NCBI GenBank assembly: GCA_963764625.1
Contig: CAVXTH010000009.1
Span: 960,001-1,024,000, forward strand
DNA: 64,000 nt
Source of the DNA: Candidatus Krumholzibacteriota bacterium
Lineage (GTDB): Bacteria; Krumholzibacteriota; Krumholzibacteriia; JAJRXK01
Reading direction: 5' to 3'
Shown: positions 1 through 8,145 of the stretch, piece by piece
Layout of the letters: each line of letters opens with the position of its first letter
Position numbering within the stretch: position 1 is the stretch's first letter
Program-made: the position numbers and the translations under genes
The notes under the pieces: model-generated
The model's input: the letters and a program-made list of their open reading frames with translations, nothing else
Database searches by the model: none
What the model was told of the DNA's origin: nothing

Positions 1-108
1 GACGATGTGGATCTCTCGCGCGCGCGTCTGGCTCTGAGCTCGGCCACGCTTGTCGTTCTGGCGAATACCCTGACTCTGCTTGGGATGGAGACCCCCGAGC
101 GCATGTGA
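1..108 (+). CDS. argS: Arginine--tRNA ligase, C-terminal fragment (truncated by window start)
   Basis: Frame 1 reads DDVDLSRARLALSSATLVVLANTLTLLGMETPERM*, matching the typical ArgRS C-terminus (RLxL...LxLLGIxxPERM). Not in the ORF track. Confidence 0.85.
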   Translation, partial: DDVDLSRARLALSSATLVVLANTLTLLGMETPERM

Positions 109-137
109 ACGCAACGAATGGATCGGGGGAAACTCTC

Positions 138-1043
138 ATGCAGATCGTGGTCGTAGGCTCGGTGGCTTTGGATACGGTGGAGACTCCGTGGGGCAAAGCC
201 GAGAACGCTCTAGGGGGAAGCGCGACCTTCTTCTCGCTCGCCGCGGCGCGCGAGGCCGAAGTGGGTCTGGTAGCGGTGGTGGGAGAGGACTTGCCCCAAA
301 GCGCCCGCGAGCTCCTCAGAAGCAAGGGCATCGATATGCGCGGCCTCCAGGTCGAAAAGGGAGAGTGCTTCCGTTGGGGAGGGCGCTACCAAGACGACAT
401 CAACAAGCGCGACACGCTCTTCACGCATCTGAACGTATTCGAGCACTTTCATCCCACCCTGCCCGAGGCCTATCTCGGGGTCGAATTGCTGTTCCTCGCC
501 AACATCCATCCCTCCTTGCAATTGGAAGTGCTCGAGCAGGCCACGAATCCGCGGCTTACGGCGGTAGACACCATGAATCTGTGGATCGAGACCGCGCGCG
601 AGGATCTGATCGAAGTGCTCAAGAGGGTGGATCTTGTCTTCTTGAACGACGAGGAGGTGCGTTTGTTGAGTGGGAAGCACTCCCTGGTGGCCGCGGTGCG
701 CGCGATTCAGGAGCTGGGCCCAAAGCGGGTGGTGGTCAAGAAGGGTGAGCACGGCGCGCTACTCTTCGACGGGGACCGGCGCTTTGCCTTGCCGGCATTG
801 GTCCTGGACGAGGTCAAGGACCCGACCGGCGCCGGGGACACTTTCGCCGGCGGCTTCCTGGGCCATCTCGCCCAGCTGAAGGACTTCCGGCACGACGACC
901 TGAGGGAGGCGATGATCAAGGGAACGGTGCTCGCGAGCTTCGCGGCCCAGGACTTCAGCGTGCGGGGCTTGGAAAAGCTCACCGCAGCCGCGGTGGACCA
1001 GCGGCGCGCGGAGTTGCGCCAGCTCTCAGCCTGGCCGAAGTAA
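138..1043 (+). CDS. PfkB/ribokinase-family carbohydrate kinase
   Basis: N-terminal VVVGSVALD, GGSA, and C-terminal PfkB signature DPTGAGDTFAGG. ATG 138 follows GGGGGA. Confidence 0.9.
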   Translation: MQIVVVGSVALDTVETPWGKAENALGGSATFFSLAAAREAEVGLVAVVGEDLPQSARELLRSKGIDMRGLQVEKGECFRWGGRYQDDINKRDTLFTHLNVFEHFHPTLPEAYLGVELLFLANIHPSLQLEVLEQATNPRLTAVDTMNLWIETAREDLIEVLKRVDLVFLNDEEVRLLSGKHSLVAAVRAIQELGPKRVVVKKGEHGALLFDGDRRFALPALVLDEVKDPTGAGDTFAGGFLGHLAQLKDFRHDDLREAMIKGTVLASFAAQDFSVRGLEKLTAAAVDQRRAELRQLSAWPK

Positions 1044-1177
1044 ATTCCTCAATCTTTTGTGAATTCACGGCTTACTGAGTTTCAGTCTTGGTGGACGGCG
1101 GGCCCATGTGCTAGAGTCGTAGCACGACGAATCCCGCCAGAGCAGCTTGCACGGGCAGAAAGAACTCAGGTGGATCG

Positions 1178-1927
1178 ATGGCACTCGATGCGAAGAAAGT
1201 GACGGAGGTGGAACGCGAGCTCACGCGAATTCGCAACGTGAGCTATGCGTTCCTGGTTCTCGATGTTCGGCGTGAGATCGAGCAGGTCGACATCCTGAGC
1301 GATACGCAGCGTCCGCCGCGCCCGATCGTTCGCGACGTCGAAGCGGTCCTCCGTCGGCATGGCGTGGAAGTTGATCATCGCAAGATCGGCGTCGTACAGC
1401 TGAACCCCCCTCAAAGCTCCTCACCATTCCCGGATCGGACAACCGCCACGCGCAGGCCACGGGCTTCCCGTCCGCGAATTCGGCTATCCGCGGTTCATTC
1501 CACCACCAGTGGCGGAAACTTCATCGCGGAGGTCGAGCTGAGCCTCGGGGTCTTCGAGGGCCTTCCCGGCCGCTGCGAAGGGCCCGCCCTGGATGAGGAC
1601 GCCTGCGTGGCCCTCGTCGCCTGCGCGGCCGTCCAAGCGGTGCGCAACTTGCTGAAACCCCAGTATGAGATCCAGCTGAGGACCACCAGAGTGGCCTCGG
1701 TGGCGGGGGCTTCCCTGGTCATCGTCGCTCTGGACTTCGGCTTCAATCGCCAAATCCAGCGTCTGGCCGGCACCTGCTGGGAGCGCGGATCTTTGTATGA
1801 AGCAACGGTTTATGCCTGTCTTGATGCCCTGAACCGGCCCCTGGGCCGGGCGGAGTTTCAGGACCTGATGGTGCAGGACGAAGGCGCAACGCCCGAGCAG
1901 CTCTCGTGGCGGGCCGCCTCGGCCTGA
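1178..1927 (+). CDS. Conserved hypothetical protein, two alpha/beta domains joined by a Pro/Arg linker
   Basis: Codon-typical 249-aa ORF. Motif IVRDVEAVL...DHRKIGVVQL and C-terminal ACLDALNR resemble an uncharacterised family I recall beside HD-GYP genes (recollection, not a search). Confidence 0.75.
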   Translation: MALDAKKVTEVERELTRIRNVSYAFLVLDVRREIEQVDILSDTQRPPRPIVRDVEAVLRRHGVEVDHRKIGVVQLNPPQSSSPFPDRTTATRRPRASRPRIRLSAVHSTTSGGNFIAEVELSLGVFEGLPGRCEGPALDEDACVALVACAAVQAVRNLLKPQYEIQLRTTRVASVAGASLVIVALDFGFNRQIQRLAGTCWERGSLYEATVYACLDALNRPLGRAEFQDLMVQDEGATPEQLSWRAASA

Positions 1928-2092
1928 TGGCAAGTCGCGAGCTATGTCGCGGTCTCTTTCTGGCCGGTTGAGGGGAGTTGTCTGCAGAAAAAACCCGAGC
2001 GGAGCAAAACATTCCCGAGCGCGTAGCGAAGCCTCACTGCCGCCCCCTTAGCGGAGCATGGCGGCAAATCCAATCCGATGTGAGGTGGGAAC

Positions 2093-2128
2093 ATGTTCTG
2101 GGTCCTCGGTAGCAAGGTGAAGTGGTAG
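2093..2128 (+). CDS. Putative 11-aa micropeptide MFWVLGSKVKW
   Basis: ATG TTC TGG GTC CTC GGT AGC AAG GTG AAG TGG TAG; Shine-Dalgarno GAGGTG at 2082-2087; ends 29 nt upstream of the HD-GYP gene. Confidence 0.55.
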   Translation: MFWVLGSKVKW

Positions 2129-2157
2129 TCTAACTCCTCTCAGCCGGCCTTGATTCC

Positions 2158-3510
2158 ATGCGAGTACGCCGAAAATCAATCGCGATCCTCTATGTCCTCG
2201 CCCTCACCCTGGCCGCAATCGCCCTGGGTGCCTGGGTATTCCAGCGCTATCCGATCCTCTCGCACCAGTGGCTGCCGATTCTGTGCTTCAGCGCCTTCCT
2301 GATCGGAGTCGACTTCTTCGAGGTCAAGACTTCGGCCGGGGGGGATTGGCTTGCCTCCTCGACCATCGACATTGCCGTCATCGCCACCCTGGGTCCCGCA
2401 GCGGCGATGCTGATGGAAGGGGCCAGCCTTTTCGTGGGCGACGGCCTGATCAAGCGCCGCTCCCCCTTGAAGGTGCTCTTCAACGTCGTGATGATGACCT
2501 TCTCCGTCGGGGTCGCAGGCGTCGTGTTTCATTCGCTTCCCTGGAGCGGAGTGGACAATCTGTCCTCGCCCTTGTTTCTGATTCCCGCCCTGGTGGCTCA
2601 CATGGTGTTTTCGGGCGTGAACATGACGCTCACCAGCACGGTCCTCGTGTTGAACGAAGGCCGCACCTGGAATCAGGTTTGGCGTGGTGATTACGCGTGG
2701 CACTTTCTGAGCGGTCTTCTTGCCGCTCCTTTGAGCGCATTTCTCATCTTCTCCTACGAGTACGCGGGACTCTGGTCGCTGCTTCTCTTCGGTCTTCCCC
2801 TCTTCATCATCTGGCAGAGCCACAAGCTCTTCGAGGAGATGAAGGAGGCCCACATCAACACCGTGGCCGCGCTCACCACCGCGCTGGAAGCGGACGAGCC
2901 CTATACCCACGGTCATAGCTACCGGGTGGCCAAGTACGCGGTCCAGATCGGACGGAGGATGGGAATGGGTCCAGAGGAACTCGAAGAGCTCGAGTACGCC
3001 GGACTGCTGCACGACATCGGCAAGATCGCCATCACCAACGACATCGTCTGCAAGCCGGCGCGACTGACGAAGGACGAATTCGACATCCTCGCCTCCCATC
3101 CGGCGATCGGAGGCGAGATCGTCTCGCAGATGAAGTTCCTCAAGGGCGCCGCCGACCTGGTGCGCCACCACCACGAGCGCCCCGATGGTCTGGGCTATCC
3201 CGATGGGCTGCGCAGTGGAGAAAACAAGCTGGGGAGCAGAATCTTGAATTGCTGCGACGCCATCGACGCCATGACTTCCAATCGTCCTTACCGGGCCGCG
3301 CTGACCCTCGAGCAGTGCATGGACGAGTTGCGCCGCTTCAAGGGGAGTCAATTCGCAGAGGACGTGGTCGACGCCATCGAGGAGATGTACCAAGAAGACA
3401 CCTTCAAGGTCATCGCGCAGGCCGACGGGACGGCTCTGGAGATCCAGAGGATCCTCCACGACGCGGCGTCGCGCGAGACGGAGGTACCGTCCACTGTTCC
3501 AGTGGGCTGA
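2158..3510 (+). CDS. Membrane-bound HD-GYP cyclic dinucleotide phosphodiesterase with a multi-TM N-terminal sensor
   Basis: About 7 hydrophobic helices, then PYTHGHSYRV, LHDIGK, HHERPDGLGYPDGL and DAMTSNRPYR motifs. Confidence 0.92.
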   Translation: MRVRRKSIAILYVLALTLAAIALGAWVFQRYPILSHQWLPILCFSAFLIGVDFFEVKTSAGGDWLASSTIDIAVIATLGPAAAMLMEGASLFVGDGLIKRRSPLKVLFNVVMMTFSVGVAGVVFHSLPWSGVDNLSSPLFLIPALVAHMVFSGVNMTLTSTVLVLNEGRTWNQVWRGDYAWHFLSGLLAAPLSAFLIFSYEYAGLWSLLLFGLPLFIIWQSHKLFEEMKEAHINTVAALTTALEADEPYTHGHSYRVAKYAVQIGRRMGMGPEELEELEYAGLLHDIGKIAITNDIVCKPARLTKDEFDILASHPAIGGEIVSQMKFLKGAADLVRHHHERPDGLGYPDGLRSGENKLGSRILNCCDAIDAMTSNRPYRAALTLEQCMDELRRFKGSQFAEDVVDAIEEMYQEDTFKVIAQADGTALEIQRILHDAASRETEVPSTVPVG

Positions 3511-3561
3511 GGCCTTCCGCGGCGGGTTTCGCGCTTCCCCGTCTTTTCCTGACGGCTCTCT

Positions 3562-3590
3562 TTGACAGCACTGTGGCCTGGCCCTAGCAT
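3562..3590 (+). promoter_or_regulatory. sigma70-type promoter of purM (probably leaderless)
   Basis: TTGACA (3562-3567), 17 bp, TAGCAT (3585-3590); ATG 7 nt downstream, no SD. Confidence 0.7.
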
Positions 3591-3597
3591 TCCCGCC

Positions 3598-4605
3598 ATG
3601 AAATACCGCGAATCCGGCGTCGACATCGATGCTGCCAGCCAAGCCCTTTCTCGTGCACGCGCCGCCATCGCCTCCACTTGGAGCTCTGCGGTCGCATCCG
3701 ACCTGGGTTCCTTCGGGGGACTCTACCGCCAGCCCGATGGGTCCCTGCTCGTCTCATCCATCGACGGAGTGGGCACCAAGCTCAAAGTCGCTCTTGCGGC
3801 TGGGCGCGTGGGCGGCGTGGGCGAGGACCTCGTGAACCACTGCGTCAACGACATCCTCGTCCAGGGCGCGACGCCTCTGTTCTTCCTGGACTACTTCGGA
3901 ACGGGGCGATTGCAGGGCGAGACCTTCGTCTCGGTGGTGGAAGGACTCGCGAAGGCCTGCAAGGAGAACGGGTGTGCGCTCATCGGCGGAGAGACGGCGG
4001 AAATGCCCGGACTCTACCACGGTGAAGATTTCGATCTGGCCGGTTGTATCGTGGGAAGAGTGGAGGAGAAGGACCTCATCACCCCGGCCTCGGTGAAGGA
4101 GGGAATGAGAGTCTACGCCTGGCGCTCCAGCGGTCTGCACACGAATGGCTATAGCCTGGCGCGCAGAGTTCTGCTGGAGAGTGAGTCTCCGCTTCCGCTG
4201 AATAGTGACCCGGGGAAGCTGGGGACCACGCTCGCTGAGGCACTGCTCGCGGTGCACCGCAGCTACCTCGCTCAGGTGACGCAGCTACGCCAGCATCACG
4301 CCGTCGCCGCACTGGCCCACATCACCGGCGGCGGACTGTTGGACAACATTCCCCGCGTCCTCCCCAAGCACCTCGCGGTGGAGCTCGAAGTGGACTCGTG
4401 GCAAATCCCTCCGATCTTCGAGCTCCTGAGAGAGCGGGGGGCCATCGAACGAGACGAGATGCGTAGGGTCTTCAATCTGGGGCTGGGAATGGTCCTGGTC
4501 TGTGAGGAGATCTCGTCTGAGCTCGCGCGAAATCTGAGTGAGCCGCCGCTCGCCATCGGGCGCGTGGTCGCGCGCACGAAGGAAACGGCCGTGCGCTTCC
4601 GCTAG
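3598..4605 (+). CDS. purM: Phosphoribosylformylglycinamidine cyclo-ligase (AIR synthetase)
   Basis: YRESGVDI, DGVGTKLK, GGETAEMPG, SSGLHTNGYSLAR, HITGGG motifs. Confidence 0.96.
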   Translation: MKYRESGVDIDAASQALSRARAAIASTWSSAVASDLGSFGGLYRQPDGSLLVSSIDGVGTKLKVALAAGRVGGVGEDLVNHCVNDILVQGATPLFFLDYFGTGRLQGETFVSVVEGLAKACKENGCALIGGETAEMPGLYHGEDFDLAGCIVGRVEEKDLITPASVKEGMRVYAWRSSGLHTNGYSLARRVLLESESPLPLNSDPGKLGTTLAEALLAVHRSYLAQVTQLRQHHAVAALAHITGGGLLDNIPRVLPKHLAVELEVDSWQIPPIFELLRERGAIERDEMRRVFNLGLGMVLVCEEISSELARNLSEPPLAIGRVVARTKETAVRFR

Positions 4606-4700
4606 CCGCCGCGCCGCGTGCCCTGTCCGGCCGCCCGAACACCGGACAGCTCCGTCCTCGAGCGCCGGGCATTCTCCGTCCACAACTCGGAGTGCAGACG

Positions 4701-4716
4701 AGGCATGCAGCTTGCA
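4701..4716 (+). promoter_or_regulatory. Putative sigma54 -24/-12 promoter
   Basis: AGGCAT-GCAGC-TTGCA vs consensus TGGCAC-N5-TTGCW; intergenic, 43 nt upstream of ATG 4760. Confidence 0.55.
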
Positions 4717-4759
4717 GTGACTGGCGTGTCACCAGCTCGCGCGCCCTCCCGTCCACACG

Positions 4760-5449
4760 ATGAACTCACGCGCTCTTGACGAGCTTCTGCCCCGACTGCC
4801 CGAAGAAGAACTGACCGAGCGCATGCTCGCCCTGAGGGGCGCGCTCGGCGCCAGGATCCTCGGGATCGCGCGCTGTCTCCACGCAAGCCCTTCAGAGAGC
4901 ACCGGGCTCGTCTTCAGGGTTCTGCAGGTGGTGGATGAGAACGGCGCGTCAAAAACCAAGGAGACTGCTCTCCCCCTCGGCGGATACCGGCGCCTCTTCC
5001 TGGAGGCCCGCTCGATCGCGATCCGCCGCGACTCCGAGGCCCCGCTCGCACGGTGGTTGCGACGCCACGGGGGCGCAGGACTCGTGGGATGGCCCTTCCC
5101 CGGAGACCGAATTCCCTGCGTCGCGTTTCTGGCCTGCGTCGAGGCGAAGTGGCGTCCGGGCGAACTGCGGCTCCGCGTGGCGCGCGAGGGCATGGAAGCC
5201 CTGGCCCGCTGCGTGGGACCGCCGGTTTGGCTACTGCGGTCGCAAGTCACTCCCCAAGATGGGCCCGAGCCGCAAGAGCCGGCACGAGGGCTGAGCCAAC
5301 CGGAGATCGCGCGGCGCGAGGCGGAACTCATCCGACGCGCCCTGCGTCGAGCGCGGGGCAACAAGACTCGAGCGGCCCGCGCCCTCCATCTCAGCCGGCA
5401 GGTCTTCTACCAGAAGCTCAAGCTCCACGGGATTCTGGGGGAGGAGTGA
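4760..5449 (+). CDS. Fis-type HTH (HTH_8) protein lacking an AAA+ domain
   Basis: C-terminus EAELIRRALRRARGNKTRAARALHLSRQVFYQKLKLHGI is a typical NtrC/Fis HTH; no Walker A or GAFTGA. Confidence 0.7.
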   Translation: MNSRALDELLPRLPEEELTERMLALRGALGARILGIARCLHASPSESTGLVFRVLQVVDENGASKTKETALPLGGYRRLFLEARSIAIRRDSEAPLARWLRRHGGAGLVGWPFPGDRIPCVAFLACVEAKWRPGELRLRVAREGMEALARCVGPPVWLLRSQVTPQDGPEPQEPARGLSQPEIARREAELIRRALRRARGNKTRAARALHLSRQVFYQKLKLHGILGEE

Positions 5450-5571
5450 GGGAGGCTCGACACGGACTCGGCCGGCCCCTATAGTGCGTGCGCAACGGGA
5501 TCTGCGAGCCTTCTCGCTTCCGGTGAGCCGGTCCGTGAGAACTTCGAGTCGTCTCTCACCCAGAGGCCTCC

Positions 5572-7155
5572 ATGCAGCGCATTCGGTTTTGGGCCACCCC
5601 GGAATTTCTCGCGGGCATTTCCAGCGGTCTCTTGCTGAGCGTCGCGGGCGCGCCTTCGCCCGTGGGTTTTCTGGCCTACGTCGCGCTCGTGCCGGTCCTC
5701 TTGGTGCTGTTCCATCCGCGCAATCTGAGGGAAGCGCGTCCCCTGCGGCTCAAAGTTCTCATCCTGTCATTTGGCCTGAGCCACCATCTGAGCGAGCTCT
5801 ACTGGCTCCTGCAGCTGGATGCCGCGGCCTCCATGAAGTTCCGATGGCTCCTCTTGCCGATGGGTCTGATTCTTCTCGCTCTTTACATGACCGTCTTCGA
5901 TGGCCTCGTGTTCTGGGTCAGTTCGAAACTGCGCAATCGCTATCACGAGCAAGCCATCTGGTGGTTCCCCATCGTCTGGGTGGTGGCGGAGTGGATCGAG
6001 GGCTCGGGAGAATTGGGGTTCCCCTGGATGCGTCTGGCGATGACGCAACTGCATTACGTCCCGATCCTGCAAGTGGCTGGGATCTTCGGCGAGCTCGGGT
6101 TGAGCTGGTTCGTCGCGGTGACGAACGTACTCTTGGCGGTAACCTGGCTCTCGCTGCGAGGAGAGTTTCCGCGACTCGGTCGCGCAGTGCTCCACCGCTG
6201 GTGGGCGCTCGTCGCTCTCGTTCTGTTGTTCGGAGTGACTCTGGCGTACGGGGTCCACACGATGCGTACTCTGGAGAGCCCGGTGGGTCCGGGGGAGGGC
6301 TTGCGCGTAGGCATCATCCAGGGAAATGTCTCGCTCATGGACAAGTTCGATTCGGCGCGACGTGATTCGACCTTCATCCCCTACACCCGCCTCAGCGAGG
6401 AAGCGGCCGACGAAGGGGCACGTCTGGTGGTGTGGCCGGAGACGGCCGTCCCCCTCGACGTGCTGAGGGCGCCACGCTATCTGATGATTCTTAAGGACCT
6501 GGTCGAGAACAAGAACATCTATCTCCTCACCGGTTTTCCCGAGCGGGAGATCGAAACGGACGGATCGCTACTCCGCTACAATTCCTCCTTGCTGATGGAT
6601 GATGCGGGAGCGGTTCGGGCGCGCTATCGGAAGATGCACCTTCTACCCTTCGGGGAGCGCATGCCGTTTCAGAGCGTCTTTCCGTTTCTCGGCAAGCTCG
6701 ATTTCGGTCAGGCCGAATGGGACCCGGGACCCGGGCGCACTATTTTCGAAGTCGACGGCTATCGCTTCGCCAATCTCATCTGCTTCGAATCGATCTTCTC
6801 GGGTCCGAGTCGCGACGCGGTGCGCAAGGGAGCCGAGATTCTGGTGAACATGAGCAACGACGGCTGGTTTGGAAGAACTCTGGGCCCGTATCAGCATGGA
6901 CTCATGGGAGTCATGCGTTCGGCGGAGAACCGGGTTCCCACCGTGCGATGCTCCAACAACGGAATTTGCTTCTTCGCTCTGGCGAGCGGACGCGTGGTCG
7001 ATCAGACTCGTCTGCAAGAGCGCGTATTCATCGTGAGAACTCTCCATCCCAATTCGAGCGCGTCGCCCTACACCCGATGGGGAGAGCTTCCTCTGGCGCT
7101 CTTCCTCTTGTTTCAGGTGATCACTCTGGCCTTCGTGAGTCGAAGGCCCCACTGA
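5572..7155 (+). CDS. lnt: Apolipoprotein N-acyltransferase
   Basis: Multi-TM N-terminus with GFPW; nitrilase triad motifs WPE, YRKMHLLPFGE, ICFES; NDGWFG. Confidence 0.95.
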   Translation: MQRIRFWATPEFLAGISSGLLLSVAGAPSPVGFLAYVALVPVLLVLFHPRNLREARPLRLKVLILSFGLSHHLSELYWLLQLDAAASMKFRWLLLPMGLILLALYMTVFDGLVFWVSSKLRNRYHEQAIWWFPIVWVVAEWIEGSGELGFPWMRLAMTQLHYVPILQVAGIFGELGLSWFVAVTNVLLAVTWLSLRGEFPRLGRAVLHRWWALVALVLLFGVTLAYGVHTMRTLESPVGPGEGLRVGIIQGNVSLMDKFDSARRDSTFIPYTRLSEEAADEGARLVVWPETAVPLDVLRAPRYLMILKDLVENKNIYLLTGFPEREIETDGSLLRYNSSLLMDDAGAVRARYRKMHLLPFGERMPFQSVFPFLGKLDFGQAEWDPGPGRTIFEVDGYRFANLICFESIFSGPSRDAVRKGAEILVNMSNDGWFGRTLGPYQHGLMGVMRSAENRVPTVRCSNNGICFFALASGRVVDQTRLQERVFIVRTLHPNSSASPYTRWGELPLALFLLFQVITLAFVSRRPH

Positions 7156-7156
7156 G

Positions 7157-7830
7157 ATGCGCGTCATGGAAGCCAGAGAGAAACTACCGATCGCCGTCCT
7201 GTTGAGCGGCACCGGTCGAACCCTGGCGAACCTGCTCGACAAGATCCAAACGGAAGCCTTGCCGGTGCGGATCGTGGCGGTGGCCAGCGACCGAAAAGAC
7301 GTTCGTGGCTTGAAGTGGCGGCGGCCGCCGGCGTCCCCGCGAGGGTCTTTCGCAAAGCGGAATACGTGGGGCGCCGCGAACGCGATGCGGAGCTGTTCAA
7401 GTGGGTGCGTGAGCAGGGAGCGCACGTGCTCTGCCTCGCGGGCTATCTCTCCCTCCTCGACCTCTCGGCCAGCCATGGCCTCCCCGTTTTGAACATTCAC
7501 CCTGCGCTCCTTCCTCGCTTTGGAGGTGCCGGTTTCTACGGTGACCGCGTCCACGCCGCGGTGTTGGCGGCAAAAGAGAAGGAGAGCGGAGCGACGGTGC
7601 ATCTGGTCGACGAGAACTACGACGAGGGCCAAATTCTGGCCCGCATCAAGGTTCCGGTACTGCCTGGGGACGATCTCGCCGCGCTGCGTGCCCGTGTGTT
7701 CGAGGCCGAATGTAGGCTCTACCCCGGGGTCCTGCGCTGGGTCGCCGAGGGGAGCTTGAAACTGCGGGCGAACCGGGTCTCGGGAAAATCTGGACCTTGG
7801 GAACCACTCACTCTGCGCCATGGGGAATGA
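7157..7830 (+). CDS. purN: Phosphoribosylglycinamide formyltransferase (1-nt frameshift near 7312)
   Basis: IAVLLSGTGRTL in one frame; CLAGY, LNIHPALLP, SGATVHLVDENYDEG in the next; a missing G in TTG[G]AAGTG restores VRGLEVAAAAG. Confidence 0.88.
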
Positions 7831-7861
7831 TCGAGAAGCGATCGGGTGGGGGTGGGGCGGG

Positions 7862-8002
7862 CACAAAAAAATCCGCCGGAGGACGAAAATGGAGGACTCC
7901 AGAACTACACTCACCACACGATCTCTGGGGGGGACGACTTTGTGGTGAGCCCGAATTCGTTCTGACCTTCTCCACTCCGCCCTCCGGCGAAATCGAGTTC
8001 GT
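7862..8002 (-). ncRNA. Candidate structured small RNA (rod-like hairpin ending in a U7 tract)
   Basis: Minus-strand fold: 22-bp stem (7991-7970 with 7894-7872, 4 G-U pairs), 6-bp stem (7964-7959 with 7905-7900), 10-bp stem (7950-7941 with 7918-7909), C7-containing loop, U7 at 7871-7865; sigma54 site directly upstream. Confidence 0.6.
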
Positions 8003-8012
8003 AGCACCACAA

Positions 8013-8028
8013 AGCAACCCGGATGCCA
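8013..8028 (-). promoter_or_regulatory. sigma54 -24/-12 promoter
   Basis: Minus strand TGGCAT-CCGGG-TTGCT, near-perfect consensus; predicted +1 near 8002. Confidence 0.7.
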
Positions 8029-8145
8029 CCTGGAAATCGGGAGCGGCTTCGGGGACGACGGGGTACTCTGGGGAATCATGGGGAAGCACTGCGGAGCGCC
8101 TCGGGGGTGAACCACGGAGCGACCAGGATGCAGGGGGTAGAGCCG

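Noticed and set aside
1057-1068. Palindrome GTGAATTCAC and TGTGA half-sites (also near 8945 and 53981) resembling Rex/CRP boxes
   Set aside because: Wrong spacing or only a half-site; not supportable without comparative data.
2176-3642. Long antisense ORFs (e.g. 2176-3642, 6643-8286, 25116-26999, 41486-43516, 57835-59910)
   Set aside because: Shadow frames of well-identified genes, expected from GC-rich codon bias; no motifs of their own.
4722-4737. Second GG-N10-GC motif (TGGCGT-GTCAC-CAGCT)
   Set aside because: Poor -12 element; such matches are common by chance in GC-rich DNA and 4701-4716 is a better site.
7862-8002. SRP RNA or tRNA identity for the rod-shaped RNA
   Set aside because: No GNRA-capped helix 8 with CAGG/AGCA loop and no cloverleaf or T-loop.
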